A stretch of 64,000 nucleotides of DNA. It comes from Sphingomicrobium sp. GTDB taxonomy: Bacteria > Pseudomonadota > Alphaproteobacteria > Sphingomonadales > Sphingomonadaceae. The stretch is from contig JBDSGQ010000042.1 in assembly GCA_039918915.1 (NCBI GenBank), positions 5,086 to 69,085 on the forward strand, given 5' to 3'. Made by a program: the position numbers and the translations under genes. The notes below the pieces were generated by a model that saw only the letters and a program-made list of their open reading frames with translations, made no database searches and had not been told where the DNA came from. Every line of letters begins with the position of its first letter. Within the stretch, counting starts at the first letter, position 1. Below are positions 9,379-18,582 of the stretch, one piece after another.

Positions 9379-10350
9379 CTAACGACGTGAATTGGGCGGA
9401 TCATCGAACCCGGCCGCCTTAAGCTTCACCAATTGGTCGGCGGTCCGCGGATAAAGCCCATGTTGCTGCAGCGAGCGGACGAATTCAGGGGTGACGTCGA
9501 GCGCCTTGAGCTGGACCAGCGTGTTGACGTCGAGGTCACGGAAGCCCGCGTTGGCAAAGGACGCGATATAGGCTGGCGTGATATGCAGCGCCGCCATCTG
9601 GGTCACTTCGCTGGCGCTGAGGTTAGCGTAGCCCGCGGCGGCCAGGCTGGTGACGAACTGGGGCGAGATATCGAGCGCCTTGAACTCGACCATCTCGTTC
9701 GGAGTGAGGTTTGAGTAACCAGCGCGCTTCAGCCCGGCGACGAATTCGGGCGTAACGTGAAGGGCGGCAAACTGGACCAGGTCATCGAGCGCTTCGGGCC
9801 GGAGGCCGGCGGCGGCAAGCGATGCGACATAGTCGCGGGTGACATCAAGCGCCGCCAGGGTGACCAAGTCGGAAACGCTCGGCTTGGGGTAGCGATAGGC
9901 CGCCAGCATATCGACCAGTCCGCGGGTGGCGTTGGTTACGGTCAGCTCGAAGGCCTGCTCGGCAGTCGGCCGTGCAATACCGTTGCTGGCAAGATAATTG
10001 GCAAAGGCGGGATCGGCGGTGAAGCGGCAAGTGCCGGTCGCGATGCGGTTGGCGCTAGTGCCCGAACAGTCGATGCGGCCAGCTTCACGGACGAATGCAA
10101 ACGCGACGGGTCCGGTCGAGGCGAACACCGACGCATTGAGGCCCTGGAAATCGGTCCAGGCATAGGAGGATCCGCTAAGATTGTTGTTCCCGTGCGGAGA
10201 CGCCCGGGACAGCGCAAGCTGCAGCTGGCCGGCGCGCATCGAGGGTTTCAATTCAAAGCTGATGGTGTCCGTCGCGCTTGCGATGCAGGCACTCGAGACG
10301 CTGATCGCCGCAAGCAATAGAGCGGCAAGAAAAGCCAGTGAACGGGTCAT
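9379..10350 (-). CDS. Secreted protein with tandem 29-residue repeats shared with the adjacent BlaR1-like protein
   Basis: Signal peptide MTRSLAFLAALLLAAISVSSA. Repeats include LVTLAALDVTRDYVASLAAAGLRPEALDD / LVQFAALHVTPEFVAGLKRAGYSNLTPNE / MVEFKALDISPQFVTSLAAAGYANLSASE / VTQMAALHITPAYIASFANAGFRDLDVNT / LVQLKALDVTPEFVRSLQQHGLYPRTADQ. Confidence 0.75.
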   Translation of the reverse strand: MTRSLAFLAALLLAAISVSSACIASATDTISFELKPSMRAGQLQLALSRASPHGNNNLSGSSYAWTDFQGLNASVFASTGPVAFAFVREAGRIDCSGTSANRIATGTCRFTADPAFANYLASNGIARPTAEQAFELTVTNATRGLVDMLAAYRYPKPSVSDLVTLAALDVTRDYVASLAAAGLRPEALDDLVQFAALHVTPEFVAGLKRAGYSNLTPNEMVEFKALDISPQFVTSLAAAGYANLSASEVTQMAALHITPAYIASFANAGFRDLDVNTLVQLKALDVTPEFVRSLQQHGLYPRTADQLVKLKAAGFDDPPNSRR

Positions 10351-10464
10351 TCGTCGTCTCCCTTGGCGGGTCTGTCGCAGGCAAGGTTTGGGCCTGCGCC
10401 TCTGGCGAGGCGTTAAAAATGTCGGTTCGAAGAGTTAGAGGTTGCTAGGACTTTGCCCGGCGGG

Positions 10465-12414
10465 TCAGCCGCCGGAGTCGGTTCGCACTCGAGGCGGGCG
10501 CGGAGGAGCCGGCGGCCTGCGCAAGTCCTCCAAATCGACACCCAGAGCGCGCATCTCAACCAGCTTGTCGACGCTGAACGGGCCATAGCCCGTCTGCTGA
10601 AGTTGGCGGATATAAGCGCCGGTCACGCCGACCGCCTTAAGGTCGGTGTACTGTTCCATAGTGAGGTTGCGATAACCGACTCCGGCGAGTTCGCGGATGT
10701 AACTGCCATTGATGTGGAGCGCGGCGGCGTCGGTCAGGCTGCTCTGGTCGAGGTGGGTGAAGCCGGCGCTTGCGAGATCCCGGATGTAGGCCGGGGTTAC
10801 GCCGACCGATTTGAGTTCGACCAGATCGTCGGCATCGAGGTTGCCGAGCTGCGGCGCGGCCGCACGGATTGCCTGGATATATTCGGGAGTGACGCCGACT
10901 GCCTTCATGGCGATCGCAGAGTCGATCACGCTGTCGTGCCGATTTTCGACAATGCGTTGGCGCGGGGCGGACATCCCGGCCGCTCCGCCGGGCATCTGAT
11001 CGGCTTCCGCATAAGTGGTTACCAGCGCTCCGTTCACCGACCTCGCGACGACCTTGCGTCGGCCATTGGCATCGGGCGGATAGACGGTCACTGTGGCGCC
11101 ATTCGGTGCGCGGCTGACGGTAATGCCGTTCACCCGGCGCACGGTCGCTCCGCTGGGCGCAATCGCTTCGAAATCGGCGCCCCGATCGTCGCCTGCGTCG
11201 TCGCCATTGATCCGGACGGTGGGATTGATCGCGGCGACTGCGGATTGAACCGACGTGGCAACCCCCGCGCCGATGATGCTTGGCAGGTCGGTGGGCGCGG
11301 TTACGGGATAATAAGCACCGGAGACATCCTTTTTCATGGAGATGGCGGCCATCTGACGACTGTCGCTTTTGCTGCCGCTTGGAACCAGGGTGAGCGCCGC
11401 CAGCGGGGCAGCGATAATCACCGCGCCGACGAACACTCCTGCGGCAAACGATCCACCAACCGGGCCGCGCATGATCTTCCCGTCAAGCACGCGCGCAACG
11501 CGGCGGGCAAGCGAGCTTTTCGATGGAGCCACGCCGTGCGCTCCAAGCAGCAGGCCCGGACATTCGTGGCGTGCAACGCCGACCAGCAGCTGGGCGTAAT
11601 CGGTGTCGGGGATATTGGCTTCGAGCACTGCATCGTCGGCTGCTTCCTCGCGCAGTTGGTGCGATTCGCGGGCGAGCAGCCAGACCAGCGGGTTGAACCA
11701 GAACAACGCGGTCGCGACGCGGGCGAGCAACAGCTTGATCCAATCCATCCGGGCGACGTGGGCAAGTTCGTGCGCAATGATCGCTTCCGCTTCACCCGAC
11801 GCCTCGACGGCGCGGGTATTGAGCAGGATGACCGGGCGAATCACGCCCCAACTGATGGGGGACGCGAGCTCGTCGCTGGTGAGCAGCGCGGTGCCATGCT
11901 TGAAGCCCATGCGGCGCTGGGCGCGGGCGAGGGCGCTTAGCCAATGTGCGTCGACGAGCACGTCCGCGCGGGCCTGCAGCGTGACCAGCCGGGCGAGTGC
12001 AAGGAAGGTAATGAACAGCAGGATCGCCGCGGGAACGGCATAAAGCACCATCGTCGTTGCGGCTGCTCCGAGCTTTGGAGCATTGCTGGTAGCGGCAATT
12101 GCCGGAGCGATGGGTTGCGGCGCCGTTAGCGACTTGGTCCTGACGGGAGTGGCGCTGGGCGCCGGCAGCGTGACGGACGCCGAAGCGGGGGCCGTCGCTT
12201 CCACCGGCGAAGCGCTGCCGAGCAGTGCCGGGCCCTCCACGTTCCAGCTGGGGAGCGCGAGCGGTGCGACCGCCATCACGACCAATGCGAACAAGCCACT
12301 GTGGGCGACCCACGAGCGCTCAGCGGCCGAGCGGCGCTTCATCAGCTCCAGCAGGGCAAGCGTCAGCCCGGCGATCAGCAGCGATTTGAACGCAATCCCA
12401 AGAAGGACGGACAT
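10465..12414 (-). CDS. M56 family (BlaR1/MecR1-like) membrane metalloprotease signal transducer with a C-terminal 29-residue repeat array
   Basis: N-terminal TM helices and zinc motif IIAHELAHVARMDW...EEAADD. The C-terminus carries repeats such as AMKAVGVTPEYIQAIRAAAPQLGNLDADD / LVELKSVGVTPAYIRDLASAGFTHLDQSS. Its ATG overlaps the blaI stop by 1 nt (TGATG). Confidence 0.85.
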   Translation of the reverse strand: MSVLLGIAFKSLLIAGLTLALLELMKRRSAAERSWVAHSGLFALVVMAVAPLALPSWNVEGPALLGSASPVEATAPASASVTLPAPSATPVRTKSLTAPQPIAPAIAATSNAPKLGAAATTMVLYAVPAAILLFITFLALARLVTLQARADVLVDAHWLSALARAQRRMGFKHGTALLTSDELASPISWGVIRPVILLNTRAVEASGEAEAIIAHELAHVARMDWIKLLLARVATALFWFNPLVWLLARESHQLREEAADDAVLEANIPDTDYAQLLVGVARHECPGLLLGAHGVAPSKSSLARRVARVLDGKIMRGPVGGSFAAGVFVGAVIIAAPLAALTLVPSGSKSDSRQMAAISMKKDVSGAYYPVTAPTDLPSIIGAGVATSVQSAVAAINPTVRINGDDAGDDRGADFEAIAPSGATVRRVNGITVSRAPNGATVTVYPPDANGRRKVVARSVNGALVTTYAEADQMPGGAAGMSAPRQRIVENRHDSVIDSAIAMKAVGVTPEYIQAIRAAAPQLGNLDADDLVELKSVGVTPAYIRDLASAGFTHLDQSSLTDAAALHINGSYIRELAGVGYRNLTMEQYTDLKAVGVTGAYIRQLQQTGYGPFSVDKLVEMRALGVDLEDLRRPPAPPRPPRVRTDSGG

Positions 12415-12794
12415 CAGCTGTTCCCTTTCGCCTCGCGCGCCCGGGCAATCATCTGCTCGAGTTCGCTAAGCTCATTTTCTTTCAGTCCGCCGGACATGCC
12501 CAGAAGGGCGCTTGCGGCGCTGGCCGGGGAGCCGTTGAAGAATACCCGGACAATTTCGCTCAGCGCCGATTTCTTGGCGACCGTGTCGGACACCACCGGG
12601 CTGTAGAGGAAGCCGCGATCCGATTCGGCGCGCTGAACGAACCCCTTGTCTTCAAGGCGCTTGAGCATGGCCCGGACCGCCGAACCGCTCAGCTGGACCG
12701 GCAGCGCCTCGCCGATCTCGGCAACTGACAACGCACCCCGTTCGTAAAGAATATCGACGATCTGGCGTTCACGCGGCGGAAGCTTGCTGAGCAT
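12414..12794 (-). CDS. BlaI/MecI/CopY family transcriptional repressor
   Basis: 126 aa. LPPRERQIVDILYERGALSVAEIGEALPVQLSGSAVRAMLKRLEDKGFVQR is the winged-helix region of the BlaI family. Confidence 0.9.
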   Translation of the reverse strand: MLSKLPPRERQIVDILYERGALSVAEIGEALPVQLSGSAVRAMLKRLEDKGFVQRAESDRGFLYSPVVSDTVAKKSALSEIVRVFFNGSPASAASALLGMSGGLKENELSELEQMIARAREAKGNS

Positions 12795-12830
12795 TTGAAT
12801 TCCTGTTCGGCGGGCGGCAGAATCACCGCG

Positions 12831-12858
12831 CTACATTTGTAGAGTGCTACAATTGTAG
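12831..12858. promoter_or_regulatory. Two BlaI-type operator dyads (TACA-N2-TGTA) upstream of the blaI-like gene
   Basis: CTACATTTGTAG (12831..12842) and CTACAATTGTAG (12847..12858) are perfect palindromes 16 bp centre to centre. They lie 37-64 nt upstream of the repressor start. The second contains TACAAT. Confidence 0.6.
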
Positions 12859-12888
12859 CGTGAACGCAAGATGAATATTTTAGAATCG

Positions 12889-12985
<97 letters not shown>

Positions 12986-13144
12986 GCTGCCGAAGCGATG
13001 CAGATTGCATGCATTGCTCGCGCGGCTTGGCGGCTTTGCTATCCCGACCGGGACGATCTGTGCAAGGCATGCGGTGAACCCGCTGGCGTCATAGGGGTTC
13101 ATGTCTCTAGCCTCGGCAGTAATGAGGAGCATGAGTTGGACGCG

Positions 13145-14233
13145 ATGAACGGCTGGATTGTGGCGGCGCTTGGGGCAGGGTCGCTGAGTTCTGCGTCGCC
13201 GATGGAAGCGAATATGGCAGGGTCCAATGCGGCGCTCGGCCAACCTTATGGCGCATACTACGTCCAGCCAGCGCCAGCGCCGAACAGCTGGGATACCTAC
13301 AAGGTGCGGCTCGGCATGCTCGCCCGGCAGCAGGGCGTTCGCGATTCGACCATCCGCGCCAACGTGCCCGGATTGGACATCAACCGCCGAGTTATCGAGC
13401 TTGAGCGCACCGAGCCGGTCGCGCGCACGGTCGGCGGCAGCGTGTCGGTGCTCGCGCCCTATCTTTCGAGCCACGTGACGCCGTCGCTGATTGCCCGCGG
13501 CCAGGCGAATTACTTCGAGCGGTATCAGGCGCTGCGCTCGCTGGAGGCGCGTTATGGCGTCGATCCCGCGGTGTTGATGGCGATCTGGGGCCACGAAACG
13601 AGTTATGGCCGAGTCACTGGCAGCACCGACTTGCTCGAAGCACTGGCGAGCCTGGGCTATTATGGGCGGCGGCGCGACTTTTTCGAAAGCGAGTTCATCG
13701 CGGCGCTCAAGCTGATGGACCAGGGCGTTCCGCGCTGGCGCCTGAAGGGCAGCTGGGCGGGAGCGACCGGCTATCCGCAGTTCATGCCGAGCGTGGCGCT
13801 ACGCCTGCGCGCGGACGGCGACGGTGACGGCTATGCCGACATCTGGTCGAACGAGCTCGACGGCCTCGCCTCGATCGCCACTTATTTGCGCGATGCCGGA
13901 TGGAAGCCGAACACCGCCTGGGGAGTCCCGGTGCGAACGCCGGCGACACTCAACCGGGCGGCGATCGTCAGCCGCACGACCGCGCCGCGCTGTCCCCAGG
14001 TCCACCGCCGGCTAAGCCGCTGGCTGACGATGCGCGAATGGCGAGCGCTTGGGTTGGCGCCCGTCGGCCGCAGCCTTCCGGAAAGCGAGCAAGCGACGCT
14101 GATCGAGCCCGACGGCCCGTACCGGACCGCCTATCTGCTGACCACCAACTATCGCGCGATCCTCGATTACAATTGCTCGAATTTCTACGCGATTTCGGTT
14201 GGAGTTCTGGCGGACGCCATCGCTCGGCGGTAG
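13145..14233 (+). CDS. Lytic murein transglycosylase (MltB family)
   Basis: YGVDPAVLMAIWGHETSYGR...GSWAGATGYPQFMPS...TNYRAILDYNCSNFYA. The start is uncertain; ATG 13145 was chosen and the ORF is open from 12998. Confidence 0.8.
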   Translation: MNGWIVAALGAGSLSSASPMEANMAGSNAALGQPYGAYYVQPAPAPNSWDTYKVRLGMLARQQGVRDSTIRANVPGLDINRRVIELERTEPVARTVGGSVSVLAPYLSSHVTPSLIARGQANYFERYQALRSLEARYGVDPAVLMAIWGHETSYGRVTGSTDLLEALASLGYYGRRRDFFESEFIAALKLMDQGVPRWRLKGSWAGATGYPQFMPSVALRLRADGDGDGYADIWSNELDGLASIATYLRDAGWKPNTAWGVPVRTPATLNRAAIVSRTTAPRCPQVHRRLSRWLTMREWRALGLAPVGRSLPESEQATLIEPDGPYRTAYLLTTNYRAILDYNCSNFYAISVGVLADAIARR

Positions 14234-14272
14234 AGGCAGGGTTAATCGCACACCCGGGGGACCGAACCTTTC

Positions 14273-15454
14273 ATGCCGCGCCCAATTCTTTTCGCTACCG
14301 CCGCTGTCGCGCTCGTCATCGCTGGCATGGCGCCTGCCGCTGCCCCGCAGTTCGAGACCCCGGCCAAGGTCGCCTTCCTGATCGATCTGTCGTCGGGCGC
14401 AACGCTTTACGCCAAGAATGCCGATGTCCGCATGCCGCCGGCGTCGATGGCCAAGATGATGACGACGGACGTCGCCTTCGAGCTGATCGATGCGAACCAG
14501 CTGGCGCTCGACAAGATGTGCACGGTGCGGCCCGAAACCTGGCAGAAGTGGCACGGGCCGGCGGCCGGTTCGACGATGTTCCTGTCCGCCAATGAACAGG
14601 TAAGCGTTGAAAACCTGCTCAAGGGCATCGTGACCCTGTCGGGCAATGACGCGTCGGTCGTGCTCGCCGAATGCATCGGCGGCACCGAACAGGCTTTTAC
14701 CGATCAGATGAACGCGCTTGGCCGGCGCATCGGCCTAACCAACAGCCATTTCGGCACCGCGAATGGCTGGCCCGACAATGGCGTCACCTACGTCAGCGCG
14801 CGCGACCTCGCGACCCTCGCGCGGTGGGAGATCGAGCATCACTACAAGCTCTATAAGCAATTCTACTCGCTGCCGAGTTTCACCTGGGGCAAAACGCTTG
14901 GATCCGGTCAGGACATCACCCAGGCCAATCGCAACCCGATCCTCGGCCATGTCCCCGGCGCCGACGGACTGAAGACCGGCCATACCGACGAGGCCGGCTA
15001 TGGCTTCACCGGCTCGGCGGACCAGAATGGCCGGCGGCTGATCGAAGTGCTTGCCGGCCTGCCGAGCTGGGATGCCCGCGTTGGCGAATCGACGCGGCTG
15101 ATCCAGTGGGGCTTTGCGGCGTGGCAGGCCAGGCCGTTGTTCAAGACCGGCGCCAAGGTCGGAAGCGCGCGCGTTCAATTGGGCAGCAGCAGTGAAGTTT
15201 CGCTGGTCGCGCCACGCGCCCTGGCGGTAACCGTTCCGGCCGGGCTCGCCAGCGGCCCGACGAGCATGAAGGTCCGCTACAACGGGCCGCTCGTCGCACC
15301 GATTGCCAAAGGCCAGGAAGTCGCGGAGCTGGTGATTACCACTGGCGACACGCCGCCGCAGGTCGTGCCCCTGGTCGCTGGCGAGGAAGTCGGGCGGGCT
15401 GGCTTCTTCGGCCGCATCTGGCTGGGCTTCAAACAGCTCGTCGGAATGGCGTGA
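14273..15454 (+). CDS. D-alanyl-D-alanine carboxypeptidase (S11, PBP5/6-like)
   Basis: Signal peptide, SxxK motif PPASMAKMMT, SGN motif LSGNDA and KTGHT motif. Confidence 0.9.
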   Translation: MPRPILFATAAVALVIAGMAPAAAPQFETPAKVAFLIDLSSGATLYAKNADVRMPPASMAKMMTTDVAFELIDANQLALDKMCTVRPETWQKWHGPAAGSTMFLSANEQVSVENLLKGIVTLSGNDASVVLAECIGGTEQAFTDQMNALGRRIGLTNSHFGTANGWPDNGVTYVSARDLATLARWEIEHHYKLYKQFYSLPSFTWGKTLGSGQDITQANRNPILGHVPGADGLKTGHTDEAGYGFTGSADQNGRRLIEVLAGLPSWDARVGESTRLIQWGFAAWQARPLFKTGAKVGSARVQLGSSSEVSLVAPRALAVTVPAGLASGPTSMKVRYNGPLVAPIAKGQEVAELVITTGDTPPQVVPLVAGEEVGRAGFFGRIWLGFKQLVGMA

Positions 15455-16077
15455 CGCCTCGCGGCAAATTCGTTTCGCTCGAAGGAGGAGAAGGGGCGGG
15501 CAAGTCGACCCAGCTCCAAGCCATGGCGGCGGCGCTGCGCACACGCGGGATCGACGTGATTGAAACGCGCGAACCCGGCGGCAGTCCCGGCGCCGAAGCG
15601 ATCCGCGGCCTGCTGCTCGGCGGCTCCGACGAACGCTGGACCATGGCGGCCGAAGCGCTGCTGTTCGCCGCTGCCCGGGCCGATCATGTCGCGCGGACTA
15701 TCGACCCTGCGCTGGATGCCGGGCAGTGGGTGCTGTGCGACCGGTTCGTCGACAGCAGCCTTGCCTATCAGGGCCTGGCCGGCGGGCTGGGCCTGGACGC
15801 CTTGCGGGCGATCAACGCGCTTGCCGTCGGCAAGTGCATGCCCGACCGGACGCTGATCCTGATGCTCGATGCCGCCGCGGAACGGGCAAGGACTCGCGAT
15901 GGCGGCACCAGCGATCGCATCGGCGCCCGCTCTCCCGCTTATCATGACAAGGTCGATGCCGCTTTTCGCGCACTTGCCGCCGATGAGCCGTCGCGAGTCA
16001 CTCTGGTCGATGCGTCGGGCCCACCCGGCGATGTTACCAAGCGTCTCGTCGAAGCTATTGCGGACTTGCTTCCGTGA
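15451..16077 (+). CDS. tmk: dTMP (thymidylate) kinase
   Basis: FVSLEGGEGAGKSTQ P-loop plus DRFVDSSLAYQG. GTGA overlap with the upstream gene. Confidence 0.95.
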   Translation: MTPRGKFVSLEGGEGAGKSTQLQAMAAALRTRGIDVIETREPGGSPGAEAIRGLLLGGSDERWTMAAEALLFAAARADHVARTIDPALDAGQWVLCDRFVDSSLAYQGLAGGLGLDALRAINALAVGKCMPDRTLILMLDAAAERARTRDGGTSDRIGARSPAYHDKVDAAFRALAADEPSRVTLVDASGPPGDVTKRLVEAIADLLP

Positions 16078-17051
16078 TCGCCGGGCAGGACAAGGCCGTC
16101 GCCCAATTCGCCGCCGCCTGGGCGACCCGGCGACTGCATCATGCGTGGCTGCTGGCCGGCCCCAAAGGCGTGGGCAAGGCCAGCTTTGCGCACGCTGCTG
16201 CCCGTCGCGTTCTGGCCGATGGCGCGGGACCGCCATCGGACCTGCCGGGGGTCGAGACCGATGACGACCATGCGATGGTCAAGCTGGTCGAAGCCGAAAG
16301 CCATCCCGACATGCGCTGGCTGCAGCGGCTGCCCAAGGAAAAAGGGGAGGGCCTGGCGCGTGACATTACGGTCAAACAAGTCCGCGGCCTGGGTGATTTT
16401 CTGGGCCTGACGCCGGCGCTGTCAGACTGGCGCGTCGCAGTGATCGACACGGTGGATGAACTCGCCGGTCCTGGTGCCAACGCGCTGCTGAAGATCCTCG
16501 AAGAGCCGCCGGCCAACACATTGTTCTTCCTTGTCAGCCATGCACCCGGTCGGTTGTTGCCGACGATCCGCTCGCGCTGCCGACGGCTCGACTTTCACCC
16601 GCTGGATAATGACGCCATGACGGCAATCGTTGCCCGGCACGCCGACCTCGGCGACGCCGAGCGCGCACGCGTCGTCGGCATGTCGTTCGGCTCGGCGGGC
16701 AGGGCGCTCGCCTTTGCCGATCTCGGACTCGCCAAGCTGGAGGACGCCGCGGTGGCGATCATGCGCCAAGGCGACCCGAGCAATGCGCGCCGATCGGAGC
16801 TGGCGAGCGAACTCGGCAAGAAAGGAGCGGCGGAGCGCTACGCCGCGTTCCTGGAACTTGCGCCGTCGCTGGTCGCCCGTGAGGCCCGCAACCTCAGCGG
16901 ACCGTCGCGTGAGCGAGCGCTTGAAGCCTATGCCAAAGCGCGAGAACTGGCGGCGAGTGCGCCACGGCTGTCGCTCGACCCCGCGGCAACGGCGTTCCAG
17001 ATGGGCGGCATCCTCGCCGAGATTACGGCGGCGGCTTCCTTGAAGCGCTAG
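16074..17051 (+). CDS. holB: DNA polymerase III subunit delta-prime
   Basis: HAWLLAGPKGVGKASFA...ANALLKILEEPPANTLFFLVSH...LPTIRSRCRRL. Confidence 0.9.
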   Translation: MIAGQDKAVAQFAAAWATRRLHHAWLLAGPKGVGKASFAHAAARRVLADGAGPPSDLPGVETDDDHAMVKLVEAESHPDMRWLQRLPKEKGEGLARDITVKQVRGLGDFLGLTPALSDWRVAVIDTVDELAGPGANALLKILEEPPANTLFFLVSHAPGRLLPTIRSRCRRLDFHPLDNDAMTAIVARHADLGDAERARVVGMSFGSAGRALAFADLGLAKLEDAAVAIMRQGDPSNARRSELASELGKKGAAERYAAFLELAPSLVAREARNLSGPSRERALEAYAKARELAASAPRLSLDPAATAFQMGGILAEITAAASLKR

Positions 17052-17079
17052 ACCGGCACCGCTAGGTGCAGCCGGGCAC

Positions 17080-18582
17080 ATGTCCAATCCATTCTATATC
17101 ACCACCGCGATCAGCTATCCCAACGGGCCGCCGCACATCGGCCACGCCTATGAAGCAATCGCAGCGGACACCATCGCGCGGTTTCAGCGTTCGCTCGGGC
17201 GCGATGTCCGCTTCCAGACCGGGACCGACGAGCATGGCCTGAAAATGGCCCAGGCAGCGCGTTCCGAAGGTGTCGAGCCGCGCGATTTTGCAGGAAAAAT
17301 GTCGCAACTTTTCCAGGAGATGTGCGACAAGCTTAACGTTAAATATGATCGGTTCATAAAGACTTCTGAAGCCGATCATCATCGCGCGAGCCAGGCAATC
17401 TGGAAGGCGATGGAGGCCAATGGCGACCTCTACCTCGGCCGCTACGAAGGCTGGTATTCGGTTCGCGACGAAGCTTATTACGAAGAAAGCGAGCTGACCG
17501 ACGGGGAGGGCGGCAAGCTCTCGCCGCAGGGGACTCCGGTCGAGTGGACCGCCGAAGAAAGCTGGTTTTTCCAGCTGTCGAAGTATCAGCAGCCGTTGCT
17601 TGACCATTATGCGGCCAATCCCGGCTTCCTGAGGCCCGAAAGCCGCCGCAACGAAGTGTTGCGCTTCGTCGAGGGCGGATTGTCGGACTTGTCGATTTCT
17701 CGCACCAGTTTCGACTGGGGCGTGCCGGTACCGGACAGCCCGGGACACGTGATGTATGTGTGGCTCGATGCGCTGACCAATTACATCACCGGTCTTGGCT
17801 ACCCCGACGACACGGAGCTGTGGAAGCGTTACTGGCCGGCCGATATTCACCTGATCGGCAAGGACGTTGTGCGCTTCCACGCCGTCTATTGGCCGGCATT
17901 CCTGATGAGCGCTGGGATTGCGCTTCCCCGGCAGGTCTATGGCCATGGCTTCCTGCTCAGCCGCGGCGAAAAGATGTCGAAGAGCATTGGCAATGTTGTC
18001 GATCCAATGGCGCTGGCCGATCGCTTCGGAGTCGATGCGCTGCGTTATTTCCTGTTGCGCGAAGTGCCGTTTGGCCAGGATGGCAGCTATAGCGCGGAAG
18101 CCATCGTCAACCGCGCCAATGCGGAGCTTGCCAACAGCTTCGGCAATCTGGCGCAGCGGACCTTGGCGATGGTCCACAAGAACCTGGGGGGCGTGATTCC
18201 GGCAGCTGGAGAAGCTGCGGAAGATACCGCGCTGCTCGCGCAGGTCGGCAAGGCCAGCTCGCAAGATTTGCCCGAAGCCTTTGAACGGCTGGCCTTTTCG
18301 GTGGGCATCGAAGCCTGGATGAACGCCGTGTTCGCTTGCAACCAATATGTCGACGCGCAAGCGCCGTGGGCGTTGCGCAAGACTGATCCGGAGCGGATGA
18401 GCGCCGTCCTCGGCACGTTGGTGGCTGCGGTTCGCGAGCTGGCGCAGGCTATCGCGCCCGTAATCCCCGAATCAGCCGGCAAATTGCTCGCGCTCATCGC
18501 ATCGGGCGAGGGCGGAGCGCCGATTTCACCGCCGACGCCGCTGTTTCCCCGCCTTGAGCTCACCGCCGAGGAGGCCGAATGA
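17080..18582 (+). CDS. metG: Methionine--tRNA ligase
   Basis: ITTAISYPNGPPHIGHAYE (HIGH motif) and KMSKS motif (GEKMSKSIGN). Confidence 0.95.
   Translation: MSNPFYITTAISYPNGPPHIGHAYEAIAADTIARFQRSLGRDVRFQTGTDEHGLKMAQAARSEGVEPRDFAGKMSQLFQEMCDKLNVKYDRFIKTSEADHHRASQAIWKAMEANGDLYLGRYEGWYSVRDEAYYEESELTDGEGGKLSPQGTPVEWTAEESWFFQLSKYQQPLLDHYAANPGFLRPESRRNEVLRFVEGGLSDLSISRTSFDWGVPVPDSPGHVMYVWLDALTNYITGLGYPDDTELWKRYWPADIHLIGKDVVRFHAVYWPAFLMSAGIALPRQVYGHGFLLSRGEKMSKSIGNVVDPMALADRFGVDALRYFLLREVPFGQDGSYSAEAIVNRANAELANSFGNLAQRTLAMVHKNLGGVIPAAGEAAEDTALLAQVGKASSQDLPEAFERLAFSVGIEAWMNAVFACNQYVDAQAPWALRKTDPERMSAVLGTLVAAVRELAQAIAPVIPESAGKLLALIASGEGGAPISPPTPLFPRLELTAEEAE

Noticed and set aside
9390-10920. 87-bp periodic DNA as a CRISPR array or non-coding tandem repeat
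   Set aside because: The periodicity lies inside two long ORFs and corresponds to divergent 29-aa protein repeats. There are no identical direct repeats with unique spacers.
12988-13144. TGCATGCA palindrome and possible small ORFs upstream of the lytic transglycosylase gene
   Set aside because: It is short and isolated with no partner site. The ORF-track N-terminal extension (MQIACIARAAW...) overlaps the tRNA-Ser flank and looks non-coding.
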